Under the pieces are notes generated by a model that was given only the letters and a program-made list of their open reading frames with translations, did not search any database and was not told the DNA's origin. Made by a program: the position numbers and the translations under genes. Of a DNA stretch of 64,000 bases, positions 1-12,000 are shown piece after piece (positions within the stretch are counted from its first letter, which is position 1; every line of letters begins with the position of its first letter). This stretch comes from Minisyncoccota bacterium (GTDB lineage: Bacteria > Patescibacteriota > Minisyncoccia > 2-02-FULL-40-12 > GWA2-44-9): assembly GCA_030583765.1 (NCBI GenBank), contig CP129474.1, forward strand, positions 9,709 through 73,708, read 5' to 3'.

Positions 1-1
1 A

Positions 2-3000
2 CTTTCGGGCTCTGGAGGTGCTCATCGTTTCTACACAACGAGTGGCACTACGTTAGCTCTTGAAGTTGCGGGAGAATACACGTACGCAAGTGGCCTGCGT
101 TTGAATGGTCTCGACGCTGGCGTGAACCAAATCTACCAGAGTAATTCTGGGACCACGTTGGGCATTACCGCCAATGGCGGAAATATATCTTTCGGGCAGC
201 CATCTACACAGCAGGTCATTATCAATCCGAGCGGCTACTTCGGCATCGGCGACACCACTCCCAACACTCTCCTTGACGTCGAAGGCGCAGGTGGCTTTGC
301 TGGTGAACTCCTCACCACAGATGCTCTCCAAGTAGCCCACACCGCAACCGTTGCCTATAGCAGATTTGGCTCCAACACAACCAGCTACTCAGACTTCCTC
401 AATTCAAGCGATGACGTGTTGATCTCTGATGACCTTGAAGTAGACGGTCAGTTGTTCGCAGATGGAAACGCGAGCGTATCAGGTAACCTTGAAGTAACGG
501 GAACCATCTACGCAACCATTAACCCCAACTTCACCCCAGGCTCTGTAGTATTCGCTGGCGCAAGTGGTGAGCTTGCCCAAGACAACGCTTCCTTCTTCTT
601 CGACGACTCCACAAACCGTCTAGGCCTTGGAGACATCACCCCAGAGACCACATTGGAAGTGGTGGGGATTGCGAGTGTTTCTGGCAATACATACATCGGA
701 GGCAACCTTGGCATTGGGACGACGACGCCTGGCGCTAGATTACAGGTCGCGGGTAGCGGTAATGGCAACCTGAAGGTTGGAGGTATTTTTGGAAGTGATT
801 ATACGGGCGTGAGTCTTAACGGAACGCTTGATACTTCAAATTACAATTTCTTAAGTAGTCCAACAGATACAACACTTTGGATTAATCGACCAACCGGATC
901 CGGTATTAATTTTTCAGAGGGGCATACTGCTACAGTCGTATTCCCGGCGGGATCGACTATTGGAGGAGGTCCTAGTATCTATACAGCATCTGACATTCGC
1001 ATAGGCACAAGTGGGGCCGGCGCAGCGCTATTTTTCAACGACTATAGTTACAGTGGGGGTGATTATATTCGACAAACCAGTGCTGGCACGGTGCATATTG
1101 TAGGCGGTGGCACGTCAGCGGCGGCGACTCAGCTTATTGTAAATCGTGGCAACGTCGGCATCGGTTCCACGGCGCCTTCTGCGAAATTTGATGTTGTTGG
1201 CGCTGGAAAATTCACCGGCGAACTCCTCACCGCAGATGCCCTCCAAGTAGCCCATACCGCAACCGTTGCCTACAGCAGATTCGGTTCCAACACCACTTCC
1301 TATGCATCTTTCCTCAACTCCTCCGACGACCTCCTCATTTCCGATGACCTTGAAGTAGACGGCCAGCTCTTTGCAGATAGCCATGCGAGTATTGCAGGCA
1401 ATTTCGAAGTCACCGGAAACACATTCCTTTCTAATGCCTCCGTATCCGGAGACCTTGAAGTATCTGGCACCATCTATGGCACTGTATCTGGCACCATTAA
1501 CCCCAACTTCACCCCAGGCTCTGTAGTCTTTGCAGGCGCTCTCGGCCAACTCACCCAAGACAATGCAAGCCTCTTCTTCGATGACACCACCAACCGCCTT
1601 GGCCTTGGTGACATCACCCCAGAAACAACACTCGAAGTGGTAGGGATCGCGAGTGTTTCATCTGCCTTGCAAGTAGGCGGAGTTGTGTCTCGAACTGAAA
1701 CGCTTGAAATAGCTGGCACCGCTTCTGTTTCTGGCAATGCCTACTTTGGAAGCAATGTTGGAATTGGCACCACAAGCCCAGTAGCTAAGCTCGATATTTG
1801 GTTAAATAACGCCTCTGGCACAACCCAAAGTTTTATAAATTTTAAGAATGTTTCCAATGGCGTGAACTGGGGCATCGGGGGCACGGTTAATGATTTCCAT
1901 ATCCGCAGTATGAATGCAGACGGCGCTCGTGTGCTTACTGTCGCGTATGCCGCTGGCTATGGAGGAAGTATCGGTATTGGCACCACCTCTCCTGCCGCAC
2001 TCCTTGACGTGACAGCATCATCAAGCTATACGACTGGCGATCTCTTCCGCGTTGCCTCCAGCTCTCCTTCAAATGTGCTCTTTATTGTGAAGAAGGACGG
2101 CAACGTGGGCATCGGTACTCAAACTCCTGCCGCTAAGCTTGACATTCGATTGGACGATACCACTTCGACGACCCAAAATCTCATTTACTTAAAACGACTT
2201 CCGAGCGGCGCGGCTTGGGGTATTGGAGGAACGGTCAATGATCTCCATATTCGAAACGTGACCTTGGGCGGTGCTCGCGTATTTACTGTCGCGTATGCCG
2301 CAGGCCACGGAGGGAACGTCGGTATCGGCACGACGGCTCCCACCACACTCCTTGATGTGACAGCATCAACAAGTTTCACCACTGGCGATCTCTTCCGCGT
2401 TGCCTCCAGTTCTCCCTCGAATGTGCTCTTCATTGTGAAGAAGAGCGGGAACATTGGTATCGGGACTTCGACTCCGACGGCAAAAATAGAAATCGGCCCA
2501 TATCAACCGCTGAGCGTGATGAGAGATTTGATCAAATTCACGCCAAATGACGGTGCTGTCGGGTGGAAAATCTCGCAATTGGGCCATAATCTTCATTTTG
2601 TGGGGACGAATAGTGACATGGGTCGCACGATGACTCTCGCGTATTCTGTCTCAAATCGCCAGGGCAACGTCGGCATCGGGACCATAGCTCCCGCGGCAAT
2701 CCTCGATGTGACGGCAAGTTCGAGCCATACCTCCGGATCCCTCTTCCGTGTCGCATCTGCAAGCGGTGCAATCCTTACCGTTGATAGATTGGGCACCACA
2801 ACATTTAATCTTGCAGCAGCCGATAGTAATCAGTCGAAAACAAAAAATTTCGTTACCTTTACTGGCTGCAATGGATGTATTTCATGGGGACTCAGCAGAA
2901 GTGTAAATAATTTCAACGTGTCGAGCTCAGAAGGGCGAGTCATGACGTTTGAATATATTGCTGGTGGCGCTGAAATTGGCATCGGCACCACCGCACCAGC

Positions 3001-6000
3001 GGCGCTCTTGGATGTAACCGCAAGTGCTGGATACTACACAAACGGCGACCTCTTCCGCGTTGCTTCTGGCTCCCCAGATGCCGTGCACTTTATTGTGAAG
3101 AAGAGTGGCAATATTGGTATTGGCACTGCCACCCCAACCACTGACCTTGATGTTTATGGCAATGCATCCGTGTCGGGGAATTTTGAAGTTACGGGCAAAC
3201 TCTTTGCACAATCTACCGCCTCTGTCTCCAGTAACTTCGAAGTAGGCACGAGCACCTTCTTCGTGAACGCTGTAACCGGGAACGTGGGTATTGGCACGAA
3301 CATTCCCGTAACTCGCTTTGAGGTGCAGGGTACGGCATCTGCTTCACATTTCCTTACCTCTGGCATGCTTCAAGTAGCAAATGGAGGCGCAACCACCAGC
3401 TACTCCCGCTTTGGTACGAACACCACTTCCTACAGTAGTTTCCTTGATTCAGGCGATGATGTGCTTGTTTCTGACGACCTCGAGATTGATGGCCAGCTCT
3501 TTGCAGATGGCAACGCATCCATCTCTGGCAACCTTGAAGTGACGGGAACTATTGACGGTCCTTATACCCAGGGCTCCATCCTTTTCTCTGGCGCAAGCGG
3601 TGTTATTAGCGAGAATAACTCGAAATTCTTCTGGGACGATACGAATTACAGGCTCGCAATTGGCACAACGGCACCCACGGATGCGGTCCATCTTGATGTA
3701 TCAAGCTACAACCATGCAGCAGCATTTACGGTGACAAATGGGAGCCTCCTCGCAGCGCAGCTTGGCGATGACACGCCGGCAGATGGTAACGCCAGAGGGT
3801 ACCTCCGTCTTATGACGAATGGGGTCACGGGCACCTACTTCTCTGCTGGCACAGCCTCTGCGAGCTATACAAATGCAGTGGCTGGAAACTTTGGCGTAGG
3901 CACGCGCACCCCCGACCAAAAGCTCGACGTCGCAGGCAATATCCTCGCCTCTACCTCCGGAACCACCGCAGACCTCATCCTCAACGCGCACTCCCAAACC
4001 GGTAACGGTACGGGCAACGATGGTCGCTGGTACCTCCGTGCCAACACTGGTGCTACTACTGCAGACAGATTCTCTATCCTTAACAACGCAAACACAGAAG
4101 TCTTTACCATTGCGAGTAGTGGGAATGTGGGAATTGGAACGACGGCACCAGTTGAAAAGGTGCAGATTGGTGCAGCAGGAGGTGGAGCGCTGAGTATTTG
4201 GGGAACTGGATATGAGGCGGTAGAACTCGGCAACGAATGCACTGGAAATTGTGCATATGGCTATCTACGCCTGATGGTGAATAATGCAACTAATACATAT
4301 CTTTCAGCAGGAAATGCAGGATCTGCAAGTTACATGAACGTTATAGGCGGCAACCTCGGCATCGGCACCAAAACTCCAGAAGCAAAGCTTGATATTGCAG
4401 GCAATATTCTCGCCTCTGCCTCTGGTAACGTACTCCTGCGCCTTAACTCTACAACCAACACCGATGCAGACTTTACGCTGCGCACTATTGGGGTAGGAGG
4501 CTCGCAGGCCCGGTTCTCCATTCTGAGCTCCGCATCTGAAGAAATTTTTGTCATTGCTTCCAGTGGCAACGTGGGCATTGGCACTATCGTTCCGCTCGCT
4601 ACGCTTGATATAAATGACACCACAAGGATTCCTGACCCATTTATTTTGGTTGCTGATGCAGGAAACAAAGCTGCAGAGCTAGGCGATGATGCGACGGGCA
4701 CTACGGGCAACGGATATCTTCGCCTTATGTCGAATAGCGTCACTCGCACCTATCTTTCCGGCGGAGCATCTGCAAGCTACCTTGCGTGGGGTGGTGGCAA
4801 TGTGGGCATCGGCACCAAAACCCCTGAGGCGAAGCTTGATGTGGCGGGAAGTATGCTTGCGTCTGCGTCGGGAAATATACAGTTCCGCATCAATTCAACG
4901 ACCTGGGAGGACGCAGATTTCATCTTCCGCGTGACTGGGCAAACGGCTCCTGCCCGTTTGGATATCATGAGTTCTGCATCGCAACCCATTCTTACCTTGT
5001 CGTCTCGTGGGTTTGTAGGCATTACGTCTGCAGTACCATCAAATTTCTTGACCATGGATGTCTATAGTCCCTTTACGCGCTACTACGGCACGGGCGGCAT
5101 TTCTATCTTTGGTTCGAACCTTGCTGCAGAACTAGGAGATGATCAGCCGGGCACTACGGGCGACGGATATCTTCGCCTTATGTCGAATAGCGTCACTCGC
5201 ACCTATCTTTCCGGCGGAGCATCTGCAAGCTACCTTGCGTGGGGTGGTGGCAATGTGGGCATTGGTACCAAAACCCCTGAAGCGAAGCTTGATGTGGCGG
5301 GAAGTATGCTTGCGTCTGCGTCGGGAGATATACAGTTCCGCATCAATTCAACGACCTGGGAGGACGCAGATTTCATCTTCCGCGTGACCGGACAAACGGC
5401 TCCTGCCCGTTTGGATATCATGAGCTCTGCATCGCAACCCATTCTTACCTTGTCGTCTCGTGGGTTTGTAGGCATTACGTCTGCAGTACCATCAAATTTC
5501 TTGACCATGGATGTCTATAGTCCCTTTACGCGCTACTACGGCACGGGTGGGATTTCTATCTTTGGAACCAATCTTGCCGTTGAACTAGGAGATGACCAGC
5601 CAGGCTCTACGGGGAATGGGTATTTGAGACTTATGACCGCAGGCGTCACTCGCACCTATCTTTCTGGTGCCGCCTCTGCAAGCTACCTTGCATGGGGTGG
5701 CGGCAACGTCGGCATCGGCACCAAAACCCCCGAAGCAAAGCTTGATATTGCAGGCAACATCCTTGCGTCTACCTCGGGTAATGTGCAATTCCGCATAAAC
5801 TCCACCACGGAAGACGATGCGGACTTCAAACTACAAACCTCTGCAACCTCTGGCTCGCTGGCACGCTTTGATATCTTGGGCTCAGCCTCAACAACGCCAC
5901 TCTTTTCTATCGCAAGCAATGGCAATGTTGGTATTGGCACAACGACCATGACCGCACGGGTAACGATTCCAAGCGGGGATATTCATGTGGCCAGCGGCAA

Positions 6001-9000
6001 TATCGGCATCGGCACTACAACAGTACGCGCAATTCTAGAAGTGAACGATAACTTAGGATTTGCAGATCCCTTCATTCTCGTTGCCGATGCCGCAAATAAA
6101 GCCGCGGAACTTGGAGATGCGACTAATAGTGGCACTAACGCATATGGCTACCTCCGCCTCATGAATAACGGTACGAGTAATACTATGTTGTCTGGTTACA
6201 GTGCCTCAGCAAGCTACATGCAAGCTGCTGGTGGCAACCTCGGCGTGGGCACAAGAACACCCGATGCAAAGCTTGATATTCTCGGCGATATCATTGCTTC
6301 CGGCTCTGCAACTGCCGCGCAAAACATTGTTATTCATGCAACGAGCACTACAAGCAACGGTACCGGCAACGACGGCCGCTGGTACCTCCGTGCAAACACC
6401 GGTGCTGGTTCTTTGGATCGCTTTAGTATTCATAACAACGCAGGATCTGAATTCTTCACCATTGCAAGTGCTGGCAATGTCGGCATCGGCACCACAAACC
6501 CCATTGCAACACTTGAATTAAACCAAACCGCAGTGATTGGTGATCCGTTCCTGCTTATTGCCGATGCCGCAAATAAAGCCGCGGAACTTGGAGATGCGAC
6601 TAATAGTGGCACTAACGCATATGGCTACCTCCGCCTCATGAATAACGGTACGAGCAATACTATGTTGTCTGGTTACAGTGCCTCAGCAAGCTACATGCAA
6701 GCTGCTGGTGGCAACCTCGGCGTGGGCACAAGAACACCCGATGCAAAGCTTGATATTCTCGGCGATATCATTGCTTCCGGCTCTGCAACTGCCGCGCAAA
6801 ACATTGTTATTCATGCAACGAGCACTACAAGCAACGGTACCGGCAACGACGGCCGCTGGTACCTCCGTGCAAACACCGGTGCTGGTTCTTTGGATCGCTT
6901 TAGTATTCATAACAACGCAGGATCTGAATTCTTCACCATTGCAAGTGCTGGCAATGTCGGCATCGGCACCACAAACCCCATTGCAACACTTGAATTAAAC
7001 CAAACCGCAGTGATTGGTGATCCGTTCCTGCTTATTGCCGATGCCGCAAATAAAGCCGCGGAACTTGGAGATGCGACTGATGGCGGCATCAACGCATATG
7101 GCTACCTCCGCCTCATGGTCAATGGTACGAGCAATACTATGTTGTCTGGTTACAGTGCCTCAGCAAGCTACATGCAAGCTGCTGGTGGCAACCTCGGCGT
7201 GGGCACAAGAACACCCGATGCAAAGCTTGATATTCTCGGCGATATCATTGCTTCCGGCTCTGCAACTGCCGCGCAAAACATTGTTATTCATGCAACGAGC
7301 ACTACAAGCAACGGTACCGGCAACGACGGCCGCTGGTACCTCCGTGCAAACACCGGTGCTGGTTCTTTGGATCGCTTTAGTATTCATAACAACGCAGGAT
7401 CTGAATTCTTCACCATTGCAAGTGCTGGCAATGTCGGCATCGGCACCACAAACCCCATTGCAACACTTGAATTAAACCAAACCGCAGTGATTGGTGATCC
7501 GTTCCTGCTTATTGCCGATGGGAGCAATAAAGCCGCGGAACTTGGAGATGCGACTGATGGCGGCACCAACGCATATGGCTACCTCCGCCTCATGAGCAAT
7601 GGTACGAGCAATACTATGTTGTCTGGTTACAGTGCCTCAGCAAGCTACATGCAAGCTGCTGGTGGCAACCTCGGCGTGGGCACAAGAACCCCCGACCAAA
7701 AGCTCGACGTCGCAGGCAACATCCTTGCTTCTACCTCCGGAACCACCGCAGACCTCATCCTCAACGCCCACTCCCAAACCGGCAATGGCACTGGCTACGA
7801 TGGAAGATGGTACCTCCGTGCCAACACCGGTGCCACCACTGCAGACCGCTTCAGTATCATGAACAATGCCAATACTGAAGTCTTTACTATCGCGAGTAAT
7901 GGGAATGTGGGTATCGGAACGACAATCCCAAGAGCAGAATTAGAAATTAACGGCACCATGAAGAAGATCCTTCTCGCAATTGGCGCTGCGAGGGGCGGGG
8001 AATTTGGCATGGATTGGAGTGCTGGCGCTGCTATTGGCTACATACGCCTTGGATATGACATGGGCACAAGCGGCGCTACCACCTACTTCTCCGGCTACAC
8101 TTCCTCTGCAAGCTACATCAATGCAGGAACGTGGGGAGCTCAAAACCTTGGCATCGGCACCAAGTCGCCAGACCAGAAGCTCGATGTCATGGGTAATATC
8201 CTAGCTTCAGGTTCCGCGACCACGACGCAAGACATCATTCTCCACGCCACCTCACAAACGGGTAACGGCACTGGCTACGATGGAAGATGGTACCTCCGTG
8301 CCAACACCGGTGCCACCACTGCAGACCGCTTCAGTATCATGAACAATGCCAATACTGAAGTCTTTACTATCGCGAGTAATGGGAATGTGGGTATCGGAAC
8401 GACAATCCCAAGAGCAGAATTAGAAATTAACGGCACCATGAAGAAGATCCTTCTCGCAATTGGCGCTGCGAGGGGCGGGGAATTTGGCATGGATTGGAGT
8501 GCTGGCGCTGCTATTGGCTACATACGCCTTGGATATGACATGGGCACAAGCGGCGCTACCACCTACTTCTCCGGCTACACTTCCTCTGCAAGCTACATCA
8601 ATGCAGGAACGTGGGGAGCTCAAAACCTTGGCATCGGCACCAAGTCGCCAGACCAGAAGCTCGATGTCATGGGTAATATCCTAGCTTCAGGTTCCGCGAC
8701 CACGACGCAAGACATCATTCTCCACGCCACCTCACAAACGGGTAACGGCACTGGCTTTGACGGAAGGTGGTACCTCCGTTCATATTCTGCGGCGCTTTAT
8801 GACCGGTTTAGCATCCTCAACAATGCAAACACAGAAGTCTTTACCATCGCGAGTAATGGGAACATTGGCATCAGCGACGCAACCCCAACTGCGACTCTTG
8901 ATATAAATACGAACGCTGGGGGCAATACAACCGGTAAAATTGCACTGGCATATAGTGGAACCGTTGGCGCGGAGCTCGGAACGGACTGGGTTAGCGCCGG

Positions 9001-12000
9001 TATCGGGTATTTGCGTCTCGGGTACCAGCTGAATCTTGGCTCGGCTTACACTACCACCTACTTTTCTGGCTATACTTCCTCCGCGAGCTACATTAATGCA
9101 GGACAATATGGCTCCCAAAACCTTGGCATCGGCAACAAAACTCCAAATGCAAAGCTTGATGTCCAAGGCGATATCCTTGCCTCCGGCTCTGCTACCACGA
9201 CGCAAGACATCATTCTCCACGCCACCTCACAAACGGGTAACGGCACTGGCTTTGACGGAAGGTGGTACCTCCGTTCATATTCTGCGGCGCTTTATGATCG
9301 CTTCTCCATCCTTAATAACGCGGGTACGGAGCTTTTCACCATCGCGAGTAATGGGAATGTGGGGATCGGGACGGCAACACCGGGCGCTGGGCTCGTCGTC
9401 ATGAATGGCTATATGGGCATCAACACTACCTCTCCAAGAACATTCCTTGATATCAACACATTTAGCGCCACAGCAAACTATCAGGGAGGTATTGCGATCA
9501 CAAGCAATGGTGCTCGTGCAGCAGAGCTTGGTGATGATACGCAAGCCAGTGGCGTGGGAGTTGGCTACCTGCGCTTAATGTCAGATGGAGCGAGCTATAC
9601 CTACCTCACTGGTGGCAATGCATCTGCCAGTTATATTAACGCCGCGGGTTCCCAAAACCTTGGCATCGGCACCCGCACCCCCGAACAAAAGCTCGACGTC
9701 GCAGGCAATATCCTCGCCTCTACCTCCGGAACCACCGCAGACCTCATCCTCAACGCCCATTCCCAAACAGGCAATGGCACTGGCTACGATGGAAGATGGT
9801 ATCTCCGTGCCAATACGGGTGCCACTACTGCAGACAGGTTCTCTATTCTCAATGGTGCTTCTACTGAACTTTTCTCTATTGCCAGTAACGGTAACGTAGG
9901 CATGGGTACAACCGATCCGCAGGCAGCCCTTGCTATTCGTGGCATCGGCAGCCGAGATCCATTTATACGCATTCAGGATTCTGGTGGCACTGCTGCCGAA
10001 CTCGGAGATTACACAGGAAACGGTACACACGGTGTTGGATATCTTCGCCTTGGCATGAACGGCCTCTCCAACACGTTCTTGAGCGGTGGTTATACGGGCG
10101 GAGGCACGGCGAGCGTGAGTTATATCAACGTTGGCTCCGGCAACGTAGGTATTGGCACTCGCACTCCTGATAGCATGCTCGACGTCACCGGCAATATCCT
10201 TGCCTCTGGCTCAGCAACAACGACGCAAGCGTTGGTCATTCATGCAACCAGCACCACGGGCAACGCAACGAGAGCGGATGGAAAGTGGACGCTTCAAGCA
10301 AATGTAGGCACTACCACTTCAGACAGATTCAGCATTTTAAATGGTGCGAACGCAGAACTTATCAGTATCGCCAGTAACGGCAACGTGGGCATTGGAACTA
10401 CGGCGCCAACAGCAAAAATCCATATTGGCCCATATGCACCACTAAGCACTCCTGTGGATCTCGTTAAGTTCGTCCCCAACGACGGCGCTGTTGGGTGGAA
10501 AATTACACAATCTGTCCATAATTTGAGTTTTGCAGGGACAAACGGCGATATGGGCCGCACGATGACCCTCATATATTCGGGGGCAAATCGCCAAGGCGCC
10601 GTTGGCATCGGCACCACATCTGCTAACGCAATTCTTGATGTGGTGGCTAGCTCGAGCCATACTTCCGGATCTCTCTTCCGCGTTGCATCTGCAAGCGGCG
10701 CAATTCTTACCGTTGATAGATTAGGTACCACCACATTTGATATCTCGACGGCTGAGGGTAATCAATACACGAAAACAAAACGATACATTACCTTCACGGG
10801 TTGTGGCGGGTGTGCGAGCTGGGGCTTTAGTAGGACCGTAAATAATTTTAACGTATCTGCAAATGGCCAAGAGCGAGTTATGACCTTTGAATACATGGTG
10901 GGGGGTGCTGAAATTGGTATTGGTACCACCGCACCAGCAGCGCTCTTGGATGTAACCGCAAGTGCTGGATACTACACAAACGGCGATCTCTTCCGCGTTG
11001 CTTCTGGCTCCCCAGATGCCGTGCACTTTATCGTGAAGAAGAGTGGGAACGTAGGTATCGGCACCGCAACCCCAGGTACTGATCTTGATGTCATCGGAAA
11101 TGCCAGTATATCGGGCAATTTTGAAGTCTCTGGATATGTGACTTCGAATCTCACGCCGAGCGTAACGGACACATATGACTTGGGCACTTCAGCACTTCGC
11201 TGGCGCGATCTCTACGTGTCTTCCGGCTCGCTTCACATTGGTACTTCCGGTGATGAGGCGGTGATTGACTACAATGTAAATGACGACCATCTGAGCTTTA
11301 AGCCAAATGGAAGCACCACGGGCTTTGTGATGACTGACGCCGGAAACCTTGGCGTCGGAACTACCGCGCCCGCCGCTCTCTTGCATCTCAACGGTGCATT
11401 CTCGCTCGGACTGAATGGCGGTACTGGATCTGCGGAAATGTTCTCTTATACTACGAATGCGGACATTCTTGGTCTCGCGAATAGCACTGGGACGGTGAAT
11501 GTCTATGGCGGTGGGTGGTGGGGCGGTGGCTCGGGGATCTCACTACGTGGCACGAGCGCAACGAATGGCAACACTATTGGATTCCGTGGTAGTTCTGGAA
11601 CGGAAAACATGAGGCTCTCTGCGGCCGGAGGGCTTTCCATTGGAAATAGCTATATCAGCACGGATGCCGGTGCGGGAGGGCTCATTATGTCTGGCAACCT
11701 TGGTATTGGGACAACGACAGCCTCAGAGAAGCTTCATGTAGCTGGGCAGATTCGCATGAGTAACGGCACTGATTATGTAGATATCTTTACGGCGGGCACT
11801 CAAGGAACTGGTGGTTGTGGAGGCGGCGGCTCAAGCGGTGCTTCGTTCTGTGTTGATGTATCTGACGGTGGCGGCGGGAACGGTACCGATTTTCAAATTG
11901 CATATGGTGGGACGGTAATTGCGGCGGGCGACCTGAACGGGAACGGTAGTCCAGATATCGCAGAAGGCATTAACGTTGCTGATCCCTCCATTGAATATGG

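Noticed and set aside
4690-9310. Tandem direct repeats considered as a possible CRISPR array or satellite.
   Set aside because: Units are 453-480 bp, in frame, and protein-coding throughout. There is no short repeat/spacer periodicity.
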